From assembly GCF_009834535.1 (NCBI RefSeq), contig NC_045696.1:104844001-104908000 (forward strand): a stretch of 64,000 nt of DNA, in the 5' to 3' direction. This document shows positions 51,536 to 64,000 of this stretch, piece after piece (the first letter of the stretch is position 1; the number at the start of each line of letters is the position of its first letter). The position numbers and the translations under genes are program-made. The notes below the pieces were generated by a model. That model was not told where the DNA came from and made no database searches. It was given only the letters and a program-made list of their open reading frames with translations. This DNA is from Camelus ferus (taxonomy: Eukaryota).

Positions 51536-51984
51536 CTCACGTCCGAAGTTTCCTTCACCCGCAGGACCACCGTGAGACAGAAAACGGGCAATCTGTAGTG
51601 ACAAGATGCTGTCACGCAGACCCAGCTGTGTGAGGCGTGGGGGTCATCCAGCCCCAGGCTGCTGTCTGAACCACAGGGTATCTGCTCATGACCAACCTTC
51701 CACTGGGGCAGGGCCCAGGCTGCCCAGAGGGCTGCAGAAAACTCATTTAAACCTCAGTGATCTCCAGGGAAAAGAAAGCCTCACTTCACGGGAAAAAGAA
51801 CACCTAGCTGAGGTGGGCCCTGACTCCCCAGGCTGTCCACATGTGTGAGGGACATACACAAGGGAAGACAAGAGTAAGCAACTAGGCAGGAGGCCCCCTG
51901 TGCTGTGGGAGGCCCACATGTGGAACACTCCACCTCCACGCTCGGATTTTATACCGCTTATGAGGAAATGGCCACAAAGCAGTT

Positions 51985-52200
51985 GGAGTTTAATGAGTGC
52001 TAACGCTGCATCAGGAAGTGTGCTAAGAGCGTTACATAGACTCCCTCAGTGAATCCTCATCTTTTCAGTGGAAGGTATCCTGACTTATACCCATTTTGCA
52101 GATGAGGAAACTGAGATCCAGACTGGCTGCAGTGAGTGGAGCTGGGATTCGAACCCAGGAACTCTGGCTTCAGAATCTGAGTGTTTAACCTCTGCTGACT
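51985..52200 (-). mobile_element. MIR SINE
   Basis: 'cccattttgcagatgaggaaactgag...ggagctgggattcgaacccagg'. Confidence 0.85.
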
Positions 52201-53621
52201 GCCTCCAATCCCCCCACAGGATTCTGTCTGCCACTGAGGAGGGCAGCACTGAGACCCAGAGCAGGGCCTAGAACCCCAGGTCTGGTGCCAGGTGGAGGCG
52301 ACACCCAGGCTCCGCCATCCCAGCCTGAGCTGTCTCCCTTTGGGACCAGACTCCTGCCGAGAAGCAGCAGTGCCCAAGGGGAGCGGAGCAGGGGCAATAG
52401 CGGGGAGACAGCATCCCGGGAGAGCCGCCTGGTAAACAAGGAGTCAGCTCAGAGCTCCCGGGGGCCCCGTCACCACGAAGGCTCCCCGGTGCCCAGCTCC
52501 AGGCCCCCTGTGGCAGCAGATTCAGCTCAGGGCACTAGAAGCTGAGCAGCTGCCCCTCTGCCTGTGAAGCCGCAGCCAGGGCCGGGACACTGGGTGCAGG
52601 GCAGCGCCCCCACAGAGCTGATCTGGGCAGAGGTGTTGCGCACAGGCCCAGAACTGCTGAGGGAATGGGGGCATGAGGTGCCCCCACAACGGGGAGGCCA
52701 GCACCCCAGAGTGTCAGGGATACAGAGTAGCCCCACCCTCGAGGGCCCATCCAGTCTGCTCTCTGTATTACAAACGGGGACACAGCCTCAGAGAAAGGGC
52801 TGATCCAGGGCCAAAGGGCAATTTTTCTTTAAGACTCAAGAAAATGAGGCCAAGTTTCCTCCTTTCGAGAGATTTCCACCTGCCTCTTCAATGTATTTGC
52901 ATTTCAGGAACAGAACCAGTCCCAAGCCAAGAAGGCAGGGACCGGAGGCAGCCCAGTTCTCAGGTCAGGTGTGTAGGATGGAGGGGAGTGACCTTGAGTC
53001 TTGGTCTAGGTCCTCTCCAAATTACCGAGGTTCTTCCCAGCCTCTTCCTCACCTCCTGACTCCCTGCTCTGCCCATATTGAGGAAGAAACCTAAGACTCA
53101 CAGAGGACGGGCCTCTGGGCTTCTCCATCAAGGCGTGTATCCTGGTAGGAATTAAATCACTTTCGTGGGATCTGTTCACTCCCCATCTCCCTCATCCCTC
53201 AGTCACTCCAGAAAGGCCAGGGTGGCTCTGAGGTAGTCACCCGTGACTCCCCAGTGCCAGGCAGAGCTGGCACACAGAAGGCGTCCCCTAAATATTTTTT
53301 GAATAAAAGAGACAATTTCACAACCATACCAGAAATATATCTCACAAACCAGCGGTACTTCAAGGGAGACCCCTTCTGAGACTGTGATTTTCTTCCAGTG
53401 ACTCTCAGCACAGCCTGGAGTTCCTCTTAGGGGCCAACTTCCTGGGCCACCCCTGCCCCTGTCCATGCCACCAGCATCACGTGCCTGGTCGGCAGGCTCT
53501 GCAGCACTCTGTGAGGCCTCCCTCCTTGTAGGTGATCAGGTGACCTTTACCCGCAGGACAGACTCTCCTCTTGCTGTCCCGGGCCTGGTTCCCTTCTCCT
53601 GGGGGTGAGATCTGTGAAATT

Positions 53622-53752
53622 CTTTTTTTTTTTAATTGAAGTATAGTTGATTGACAATGTTATGTTAGTTTCTGCACAGCAGAGTGATTCAGTTATATAC
53701 ATTATATGTGTATATGTATGTATTATTTTTCATATTCTTTTTCATTGTCGGT
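53622..53752 (-). mobile_element. short L1 3' end
   Basis: 'tttttttaattgaagtatagttgattgacaatgttatgttagtttctgc'; short AATTCT direct repeat on both sides. Confidence 0.88.
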
Positions 53753-55763
53753 AATTCTGTGTCTGCTCACTGACCCATTGATCTTGGGCAAGTGGTGGGG
53801 TCCGGGAGCCAAGAAGGGATGACCAGCGGGCTGGGGGGAGGGGCCTCCCAGGACACACAACTCCCCATGAAGGTCAGAGGTCACTGCGGAAGGCTGAACC
53901 GTGTTCCTCCCAATTCTGCATCACCTTCCTCACCTACCCAGCACCTTTCCTATACTGGAGGGGTCACAGTGGGCTCTTGAGGGCACCAGCCCTGGGAAGG
54001 GCCCATGCAGCAGAAGGGGGCTCTTCATTTCATAGGTCTTATTCTCTGAAGGGCCTACTTCTGGGCCCGTCTGCCGAGGTCCCTGACCTAACTCCCATGG
54101 GGCTAAGCATCGCATTTATGGTAAAAGCATCTAATTAATATTCCACAAGTCACACCAGCACCTGCCTTACTTTACGCAGGGTCTGGCACTGTTAGGGACG
54201 CCGAACTGCCACCTCCAAATCCATCCCATTCCCCCCACAGTGGCACCGCGGGTCCTTCTGCAGGGACGTCGCTCCCCTGCACGAGCCCTCAGCATTCCCT
54301 GGGACCTCCAGGCTGACGGGCAAGGGGCACTCTTTCCAAACAGCCCTTGCCTGATTTACTGTTGGCCTCCCCGTCCCGACCTCCATGTCTCCTACTGTCC
54401 ATCTCAGCCTCAGAACCCCTGCATCTGCCTGCACGCCAGGCCATGTGCCGTCCGGGGCTCTGCACACAGCTCCCCTGGTTCTCTGCTCAGCTGGCCCCTC
54501 TCCCAGGGTCACCTGCCTCCATCTCCAGGTGGGGCTCACCTCTCTTTCTGCAGATCCTTCCTTCCCATTGTACATAGGCCTGCCCTCGCACCTACTGTGA
54601 CACTGTGTGACTCTGCCTGTCTGTGCCTCCCGACTATCCGTCCTCTAGGAGGGGGAGGGGGAGGGGACCCTGTGCCCAGTTCAGCTCTGATGCTACCAGA
54701 AGGGCCAGGGCACGAGGACAAACTGAGCTTCATAAACGCATGGGGCTTTGTAAAATATATAAAAGGCACAAGAACATCTCTCACCTTTCTTGTCGATGCT
54801 CCTGGATTTGCCCACATTTAATCATTTGATTTATTAAAAAATCTTATTTAGAAATGAAGATGTTTTCATTCTGAGCCCTTTTTGCTGAGAGGTCACACAT
54901 GGATCATCATGTCAGTCCAGGGGAAGCAACACAACTGCCTGCAAAAGCTGATCAGCCCACTTAGGAGCTGGGTGGGACTTCTAGCAGCAGGGCGGGTAGG
55001 GGAGCCCTGGGAGGGTGACTCAGAGCTCAGTGGAGCCATATGGACGGGGAGGCAGACCAAAGAGACAACACATGATTAACGTAGGAGATGCGGGTCATGT
55101 GCACACAGGGGTGGCTCAGGCCTCTGTGCTCCTTCCCACTCACCCAGCAGGCTGCTCCTTCTAGAGTCAGCCGGGAGGGTGAGGGACGCACACGGGCAGA
55201 GCAGAGAGGACCTCTGTCCTTCTCTTATCTTGGGCATCCAGACTGCACCCCAGCCACAGGCTCTGCCCCAATCCCACTGCCTCCCGGGGCCCCCCAACCC
55301 TGCAGAGACTCAGACTTCCTGGTATAATCTTCCACTTTCACCCATCACAACAGCCTGGTGGGCACCCCATTCCCTCAGCACCCCTCTGGGCTACTTGTCT
55401 TCAGAAGAGTGATGCCCTGGTCCCAGCTCCGGGCTACGGGAACTGTCTGCTCTGGTCTTTGTGCTTCTACCCTGGAAGTGTGTTGGATGGCGTGATCTCG
55501 TGGTTAACATTCAACAGCTCCACACTCTAATCTGAACTAACACATTAACAAGGGAGAATGGCTCCATTCTGGATATTAACGGGGTCTTCTTGCCTTAAAT
55601 CCCAAAGAAATGCATCCTTACGGATGGGATGGCGGGTACAGAGGCGTGTGGATCAGTAAAGATGTTTAGAAGGGACATCATGGCACCCCCTCGGATTATC
55701 CCCAAGGAGTCACATGTACTTCCTTTGTGCTCCTGGAACATGAATTAAAAACTAGCCCCTACA

Positions 55764-55890
55764 GGTGGGGAAGGGTAGAGTGTGTGCTTAGCATGCACAA
55801 GGTCCTGGGTTAAATCCCCAGTACCTCCATGTTATAAATAAATAAATAAATAAACCTAATTACCTCCCTCTTCCCCCCAAAAATTTTTTT
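55764..55890 (+). mobile_element. camelid tRNA-derived SINE (Vic-1-like), A box deleted
   Basis: 'ggggaagggtagagtgtgtgcttagcatgcacaaggtcctgggttaaatccccagtacctcc...(AAAT)n acctaattacctcc'; approximate TSD AAAAACTAGCCC / AAAAATAGGCCC. Confidence 0.88.
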
Positions 55891-57790
55891 AAAAAATAGG
55901 CCCAATGTATAGAGACACACTCGTGTACACACAGCCTGCCCAGACCGCATTAGAACTTCAGGTACACACCCGTGGCTCTAACTCTGATGGAGAATTTTCC
56001 AGCAGAACAAGGCTTGCGAGTATCTCGGAGCCAAGTGTAGAGGGAAACAAGCCTGGCTCCTGGCAAGGCTGCGGGTAAACCGCATCACTGACTCACCCGG
56101 GTTGACCTGACACTCCTGACCTGCCCCTCACTGGCACACACCCACCATTAGAATCCACTTTCTGTCAGGGCTCCGTGCTGGAGTTAAGCTCTTCTGGAAG
56201 CTTCCAGTCCCTTCAGCCCACAGGAGCATTCGTGAGTGCAGGGGCAGTAACTCAGAGTACTTAAGAGTATGCAATAACATCATGGCACTTAAGAGGCAGG
56301 GGACTGTCTGCGTAGCTAAAAACGATGATTCCCCCGTGGAGAGAGACCCCGGGAAACCGGGGTTCCAGGCAGCACTGGGGGCATCAGATGGGAGAAGCTC
56401 GGAGCCCCACGTCATAAAAGTTATGATCTCGCAGGAGAGTAGTTTTTTCTCCTATGTGTATCTAAATACGAGGTAGAAATGAGTGCCAGGTGGAGAAGGG
56501 AGCACACGAGCGTTTAAGTCATTTAGAGTTTACATTTTTACTGCACAGCAGAGATCGGCATCCGTTTTCCATCTGCAATTAGAAGACGGAGCAGGCTGCC
56601 AAGTCTCCGTGTAAATTGTGCCTATTAAAGGAGTCTACGCCTTGCGATGATTGATCAACATCGAGGATTTATTCACTGAGCTAACCGTGGTTTTACTTGT
56701 GCCATTACCCAGGGTGATCCATAACAATTTAGATAATGCACCCGGACAGATACATTTATAACCCTGGTGTCAGAGTCCTGCCTCAGAAGCCGGTCAGCCT
56801 CGGGAGGAGGGACGCGGTTCCTGGTCACACCAGAAAGCTCGGAGCCTGTTGGCCTTGAATCTGTCATCCCTCGGCGGGACACGGCCCACAGGGCATCAGT
56901 TATTCATAGATGCATGTGTGTACACGCATGAGGTTTCTACCTGAGTACACAAGTGCTCACACACGGAAAGCCCCCCTCCCCTTTCCCCTCCATCACAAGC
57001 CGGACACCGCCTCCCTCTAGGGTGGGGACTCAGAGTCTTTTTCTATTTGTTTTTCTTGGCTGGCACCAGATGGTGTTCAACACCTTTGCTGAGTTATGGT
57101 GGCAGGTACTGAATGTCTCCGCTCAGCATTAACCTACCCTTTGTGTGGGGCCCCTGGGTGAAGACCCAGGCTGGGTGCGTCCCCAGCAAGGCACTCAGAT
57201 AGCTCTCCCATGGGAATGATGCTCTGTGGCAAACACGGACAAGCTCCACACATTCCACAGGGTTTCAACCCCACCTCCCAACGAGTTGTGACATCTCTCA
57301 GATCTATGCTCCTTGGGCACCTCCCTCAGGATAAGGGAGCACAATTCGACCTGCCCCCCCAGAAAACTCAGCACCTTCCCCTACCCATGCTCCAGCCCAA
57401 TTCTCCTTCTTCTGTACCATCAGGCACTGGCATCCCCAGGGTACCCAGGAACCAGACCCACTCAGACACTCTCCCTCATCCCCCGTGAAATGGGTTCTGA
57501 TTCCTCTTAGTACCTCTGGCTAAATATCTCCCCACTCTGGACCTCCTCTCCATCCCCACTTCTACTGCCAAATTTGTCATTTCCCACTTGGATAAGTACA
57601 CTGGTCCCCCAACTCCCAGTCTCCCCACCCACCATCTGACCCTCCTCAGCATCCTTCCATTAATAGATCCAATCATATCCTTCTGCTTAAACTCTTCAGT
57701 GACTCCCATCAAAATCAGGGTGAAGCTCAAACTGCTTTGCCTGGGAATGTGTCTGACAAATATTTCTTTAAAAGGCTGGACCATGCCCTC

Positions 57791-57869
57791 TGTATTCGTC
57801 AGGGTTCTCCAGAGAAACAGAACCAATAAGGTGTGTGTGTGTGTGAGTGTGTGTGTGTATGGATGGATG

Positions 57870-57931
<62 letters not shown>

Positions 57932-58310
57932 TAAATAGATAGGGACAGACAGACAGACAGACAGAGATTTTCAGGAACTGGCTAATGAGAATTCAGAGAC
58001 TGGCAAGCCCAAAATCTGGAAGGTAAGCCAGCAGGCTGGAGTCCCAGGGAAGCACCAGTTCAGTTCTGCAGGCCATCTGCTACAGAATTCCTTCTTGTTC
58101 AGGGGAAGTCACACTTTTGTTCAATGCAGGCCATCACCAGACTGGATGAGGCCCGCCACACTACAGCAGGCCATCTGCTTTACTCAAAGTCCACCAACAT
58201 AAATGCCAACCTCATCCAAAACACCCTCACAGAAACATCCAGAATATGGTTTGATCAAACCTCTGGCCACTGTGGCCCCATCAAGTTGACACATAAAATT
58301 AACTGTCACA
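57791..58310 (-). mobile_element. MLT2 (ERVL) solo LTR
   Basis: begins 'tgtattcgtcagggttctccagagaaacagaaccaata' and ends 'caagttgacacataaaattaactgtcaca'. Confidence 0.92.
57830..57966. repeat. compound microsatellite (GT)n(GGAT)n(AGAT)n(AGAC)n inside MLT2
   Basis: seen directly. Confidence 0.97.
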
Positions 58311-59432
58311 CTGTCCCTCTTCTGTAATGACAGGTTGAGGCTTAGGGAAGCAAGCAGGGCTGATCTTTCTCCTGCATGACCAGGGAAGAGTCCCCTGAGG
58401 GGCTCTACACAGAGGAAACCAAACCCTCAAAGATGGAGAGACCCTCCCCACCCAGGATCATCTGATCAGGTCCCTCATTCGCAGTGGGAAGAGAAGTGCC
58501 CGCGAGGATCAAGGTCTCACAGACGGGTGACAACCCATTAACTGGGACACAGGCTATCCATTGACTTGGTGAGCACTTAAAACACTGAGTAACATAAAAG
58601 AGCCTGGAAATTGAGGGTCCCCTACAATGGGGTAATCATCCCCGAGTGCTCATTGTTGAGCAGTGCCCAGGACCTGTGAAGAGCTAGGCTCTGTGCCGTG
58701 TGTGCACAGTGGGTGTGGGAGTTCCTACAAGGCAGGGGTTCAGGACAGCCACCCAGTGGGAAGGGGAGGATGAGGGTAGCAGGACCTGCCCTGAAGCTGC
58801 GTCTCCATCACCATCACACACTTTCTACTCAGGTGTCTCCTTATCTGGAGTGACGTGGGGCTGACCAAGGAGCGAGCCCCTAAGTCCCCTCCCCAGCCTG
58901 AAAGTGCTGTTCTTCACACACGGACGGGGGCCTCCCCGCAGAGGAGGCCCACCAGGCACAGGCACAGGCGGCCACGAGCCCTGAACCTGAGGTGCCCCGC
59001 AGACCCTCTTTCTTCTACCCATCCCTCCACACTCCTGCCCACAAGGCCACCAAAGAGCACTGATTCTCCGGGACCCACAGATCCCCTGAGGGAGCCGGGG
59101 CTTCACGCTGCCCGTAGAGGAGGCTGCAGCCCTGGAAACGGACACTCCTTTAACTGACTCCAATCAGACACCCTCCCAGCTTCTTATTACAGCCAACTCC
59201 CCACCCCACTTCCCCCAGGAGGGACGTCCTTCAGGAAAGTCTGCTATGAACACTACGGTTACCGTAGTTACCACCAGACGTGTCCACCTCAGACCTGAGG
59301 TCGCGTGGAGGGAAGCGTCACATCACACCTGCAAGTGGACTTTCACCTGGGGGTTGGGCGAATGTGAGTGGAGGCGTCGAGCCAGACTGAGAAGCATCTT
59401 CCAGACACACATTCGAAGGGAACACAGCCACT

Positions 59433-59540
59433 CGCTCAAATGGTGTTGGGAAAACTGGACAGCACCATGTAAAACAATGAAGCTAAAACACTCCCTTACA
59501 CCATATACAGAAATCAACTCAAAATGGATCAAAGACTTAA
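59433..59540 (+). mobile_element. isolated internal L1 ORF2 fragment
   Basis: translates [35 protein letters not shown] (conserved post-RT L1 ORF2 motif). Confidence 0.92.
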
Positions 59541-60719
59541 ACAGCCGCTACAATGGGATGGATGGAAAGAAAGACAACTGTTTTTCTTTAAAAATGTGGG
59601 AAAAGAGATGCCCCGAGGTTATACTTTATAATCATAAATCAATTGCTCAGCCTCAAAAGCACAAACCACTCTATTCCTTCCTTTCTTAGAGAAGAAAACA
59701 AGCCAAAACAAAGCAAAAACCAAACACACACTGTGTATATACAGTAATATATATACCAGTTGGTATGCAGAGGCACCAAGAGGAGCCTCTCCCTCCTCAG
59801 TTGGGGTCATTTGGGAAAAGCAATCTCTGACATAGACATTGTGCTCATAAATACTCCGGGATGAGGCAGTAAAGCTGTTCCCAGGCCCTGGCACCAGCCC
59901 CTCAGTGGGACACTTGTCCAAATCACTGGCAGGCAGCTCGTGCAGATGGCTCAAACAATGAAGAAAATCACATTCCAGGTCTCCTCCGCACTTTGCTGCC
60001 TCTGGAACGCCGCCTCCCTCCTCCAGCCTGGGAATGAGCTCTTCACTCCACTACCTGTCCAGGGAGCCCTCCCCGCTGCGGCCCCGGGATAACGGCCTGA
60101 GTCCCCCAGACCGCACACGTCGTCAGCGCATCCTCCCAGACACCCTTCCTCCTAGGCTGGCGCACAGCCCGGCAGGTGCCAGGTGGGGAACCGAAAGGGA
60201 AAGTCCACCTCAATGGCTCAAGCAGACAAGTGGCCAGGAAAAGCGGAGCAGCGGCCGAAAGCATCTTCTGCCTGGAGTCCTCCTTCCTGACGAAACGGCG
60301 ACGCAGACAGGGCAGATCAATGGGCCCAGCTCCCACAGTCTTGCTTTCTGAGCCGTTTACTCAGAGGCAAATCACACTCATTACGCCCAGAACTTCTGAT
60401 CTTTCCAACCATGCTTGCTCCTCCCAGCATGTGCCCCAGTTTGGCAGACAGAGATTCCACCCTTCCTGGCTCAGCCCCCAAACCTTGGAGTCCTCCTCAC
60501 CCCTTTCTTCTCTCACAGCCCTCAGCCGATCTGTCAGGAAATCGAGTGGCTTTGCCTGCAGTGAACACCCAGAATTTAGCTTTTATTTTCCACCACCTAC
60601 ACCGGTGTGATCCCATCCGAACACCATCATCAGGTCACTGCAACAGGCTCTGGAGGGGGCGCCCGGCATTGCTGCCTCCTTCTGGTTGGTTTACTGTCAC
60701 CACAGAGCTGGGGGCGGTC

Positions 60720-61174
60720 GTTCTCTGGGACATTTCCATGTGCCCTGGGCTACCTCTTTGAGGACGTTTGTACACAAACAGCCTTGGAAGATAAAGATAG
60801 TATCTCCTTCCTAGACAGAGGGCAGACTGTCTCCCGAACAAGTTAACAAAGGTACTGTCTTGCTCCAGGACAAACTTGGGACAGTTCTGCCAACAGCCCC
60901 GTATAAGACTGGGGTCCCTAAGTTCAGGGGTTCCTCCGCTGTGATACAGACCTACTGTGTGCACGGCATCCACCTGGGCTGCTCCGAATGGCCCCCAGAG
61001 GGCTCGGGGACCGAGCAGGTGGATATGAACAAGAAGCTGGGGCCGTGCTGCCTGCTGTGCTGTGAGTAATAAGACCCTTCATCTCCAACCAGGAGTCTCG
61101 TGTCTGCCGACGTCTATGAGACGGTGGCAGATGAACTCATTAGCTTGGAAGTGGACCCTTCACAATTCGTGACA
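60720..61174 (+). mobile_element. ERVL LTR (MER74/MER73-like)
   Basis: 3' end 'gtgagtaataagacc...caggagtctcgtgtctgcc...gtggcag...ttagcttg...gacccttcacaattcgtgaca'; 5' boundary uncertain. Confidence 0.6.
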
Positions 61175-61179
61175 CACAG

Positions 61180-61565
61180 CAAGCAGCCCAAGTGCTCATT
61201 TAATATCCAAGCAGGTCATGTCACTCCTCTACTCAAACTCCTGCACTGCGAAGTCCCTACAATGGCTGCAAGGCCCTGCAGGAGCCCACCTCCCACCCCC
61301 ATCCCCCATCCCCCATCCAGGCTCTGACTTCATCTCATCTCCTCCCCCATCCTTCACTCTCCTCCAGTCACAACAGCCTCCTCACCCTCCCTCAGACACA
61401 GCCACGCCAGGCACATGGCCTACTGTGGACCTTTGTACTTACTGTCCCATTAGCTGGATGCTCTTTCCCTGCATCCATGTGGCTCCCTCCCTCCCCCCCC
61501 ATCACATCTTTGCTCGATGTCAGCATCTCACTGAGACCATCCTGAACCCCCTATTAAAATGCATC
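61180..61565 (+). mobile_element. L2 fragment
   Basis: 'caggtcatgtcactcctctactcaaactcctgca...ggacctttgtacttactgtccc...ctggatgctctttccc'. Confidence 0.75.
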
Positions 61566-63109
61566 CTCCCTCCCATCACAGGCCCTCAATGCTGCCACCC
61601 TACCCCCTGGATCCCCAAAGGGCCACCTGCTCCCCACCCCTACCCCGCCCCGCACAGGTCCCTCTCCGAGTGTGGCTTTCTTGGGTCAGTTTACCAAGTC
61701 TCACCACCAACCTTGCCCCAGATAGAACTGACCCAATCACAGCCCCACCCTGACGATGCCTGATGATACAGGAGGGCACCCTGTGGGATGGGAAAGGGCA
61801 CCAGGGACAGAACAGCAGAGAAAAGGAAGCAGCTCTCCACTCAGCAAAAGTGCAGAGTGCTGGCTGGTCCTGGAGGCTGGCAGAGGAAGCGAGGGGTGAC
61901 CAGCACTGGCGGGTATAAATATCTGCATCCCCAGAGCTGCAGAAATACGTGGGGAAGAAGACCTGGCCCAGGCTGCGCTCCGGCCAGGCATCTGGAAGGA
62001 GGCTCGGGCTACAGTGATTCAGGGATTCCAGGTACACATGGACCTGCCCGCCCACCTGTAGCACAGGCTGGGGACATCTGGAAGACTCAGCTTACTTCTC
62101 CAACTGGTCCACTTTGGACAGCATCTCATACTCTTTCCAGTTACAGTTTTGAGTTTGGTGATGATGACAGGTCTGCTCTGCTATTTATGTTTCTGATTAT
62201 TTTTAGTGCTTTGCAATTAAATTTTCTGAAATTAAAACTTTAGGCCCAAGCATCATTGTCTGTCACGTACCTGCAGTGTGCTCATAGATGCAGTTTATAC
62301 ACATTTGGGTGGCAAAAGCTTCAGGAAAAAAAAAAAAGACATTTCAGTTGCTGGCACCCAAACCCCTTGCTTCCATATCTCCCACCCGCTTCCACGTACT
62401 TCTTTCTATTCCCACACTTGGCGACGCCCTCCAGATCCTTGTGAGCCACAACAAAGAGCTGGGAGAAGTAGCGAGGCCCTCGTTCAAAGCCACTGGAACT
62501 CTGCTGCCTTTTCCCAGCACCTCAGCAGCTCCCATGGGCTGGGTCCACAGACAGCACAGCCTGCGGACTCTGCCCTCAGCCTCAGGGCCCCGGAGCTGCA
62601 GCCCCTTCCAGTGTTCTCCCTCACCCAGAATTAGATTCATCAATTCCCAGCAAGGCTGTGGTTTACCTCCTGACTCCCCAGTATGCTCTACTGAGGCAGC
62701 TCCCCTTCTACAGCCGCACCTGGACTGTCCATACACTGGGCAGGCCCTGCTCCCTGGGCCTCCGCCAGGCTGTGCTGCCGTGACAGTCCCCTGGATTTTC
62801 TCCCTCCTGCCACATTCACCCATCCCTGTGAGGTCGTGACAGGCACCTCCACGTCCCCATCTCTGGTTCTAACTCCAGGCTGCATTCCCAGTGCCAGCTC
62901 TGCTTGTATCCAGAGGCACCTTGGAATTTCGGGCTCATCAGTTTCCCTCTAAAGTGCCTCCTGTCTCCTAACCACCCAGCCTGCAGCCATTCAGTCGCCC
63001 AGGAGAAGCCCGTGGGAGCAAGGGCACTGGCTGTCACTCAGCCTACACCTTCCCCAGCCCTCCTGACTCGCTTGCCCCATCACAGAGGCTGCAGGAGCTG
63101 ACAACCAAC

Positions 63110-63475
63110 CTTTCTCACAGCAGGAAGTGGTCACGAGACACCATTCTGTCCAACGAGTTAGAAACAGACACCTGCTGGGGTCTCTGAGAAAGCTTTTGCT
63201 TTCCTGAAAATACAGACCAATGCACTGGTTACCCCTCCTCCTGTCAGCTTCCCTGTACCCCACCTCCCACCCAACACTGATGTGGCTATGGCAGCCCTGA
63301 GGCCCCGGGGGACAGCAAATATTTGGCCAAGAGCCAAAGGGAGGAAGAGAATGCAAATACCGGGGACACTGGTGGCATGGCCAAGTCGTCCCTCAAGCTC
63401 CAGACAGTGTCTCTCCAAATTGCTTATCCTGAGGGAGAAAGAGAGATTCGCACTGTGTTTTCTGTTGCATCTTCA
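63110..63475 (+). mobile_element. old MLT1-type LTR fragment
   Basis: 'gtggtcacgagac...ttctgtccaacgag...tctgagaaagcttttgctttcctga...tggcagcc'. Confidence 0.6.
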
Positions 63476-64000
63476 CTAACACACGTAGTTCATTCTTATT
63501 TCTTCTCTCTGCACTTCACTTCTCACTCTCCAAAGATCTCAGTCAATCACTCTCTCCGTTTTTTCTCTCTCTTCCTCCTTCCCATCTTCTTGTCTCTCGT
63601 CATTGTTTCCCAAGCACGTGCTTTTTGAGCACTCACTCTGGCCAGGCTCTGTGCTGTGTACTGGAGAGGCAGCCACATCCTCAGTGCAGGGCGACACACA
63701 GGCCACATGACACCTAGGCTCCCTTGTGCACCTTCTGCAATGCTGAGCCTCGTTGTCTCCTGTCACACGTTCCTCTGCAGTGTCTTCAAGGCCCTCCTGC
63801 ACACCCCCAGCAAAAGCAGCATTTCAGGTTTCCTCCATTGACTTACCGCAATGACCCTCAGCTTTCCCAGAGGCATCTCTGGTCTCACCCTCCTGACTAG
63901 GATGGTTCTGCGCCCTAGAGCTGGGGTCCTCTCCCTCACAGCCCCTGATCTCAAGCCACACCCACAGTCCCTGGTCACCAGAGCTCTGGGCTCTGCACTT

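Noticed and set aside
1..64000. Six-frame ORFs as protein-coding genes (e.g. 5584-6192, 26498-27109, 54240-54821, 61218-61763, 62288-62839)
   Set aside because: No recognisable domains; many use non-ATG starts, overlap TE fossils or reflect GC-rich stop-poor sequence; no coherent multi-exon reading frame.

Overview
Mammalian genomic DNA, most likely a camelid (alpaca/llama/camel): it carries four copies of a tRNA-derived SINE with the camelid Vic-1-type head, plus cetartiodactyl-type L1 3' ends. I see no supportable protein-coding gene, rRNA, functional tRNA, CRISPR or prokaryotic system. The only ORF-track peptides I recognise are LINE-1 ORF2 remnants (27067-27351, 59437-59542). The window looks like intergenic or deep intronic sequence: MIR, L2, L1, LTR and hAT fossils interleaved with repeat-free, homeobox-motif-rich blocks that resemble conserved enhancers. 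A 100-N assembly gap lies at 41156-41255, and CpG density appears higher to its right. Most notable: (i) an L1 insertion split by a ~520-bp non-L1 segment that ends in AATAAA plus an A-rich tail and contains C/D-box-like motifs; (ii) an all-AT-to-GC substitution cluster in an MLT2 LTR, suggesting GC-biased gene conversion; (iii) a 46.2-48.2 kb block with CpG-rich, CTCF and E-box motifs and strong splice sites, possibly an unannotated lncRNA. I found no convincing new biological system. Repeat family names are from recognition and boundaries are approximate unless a TSD is cited.
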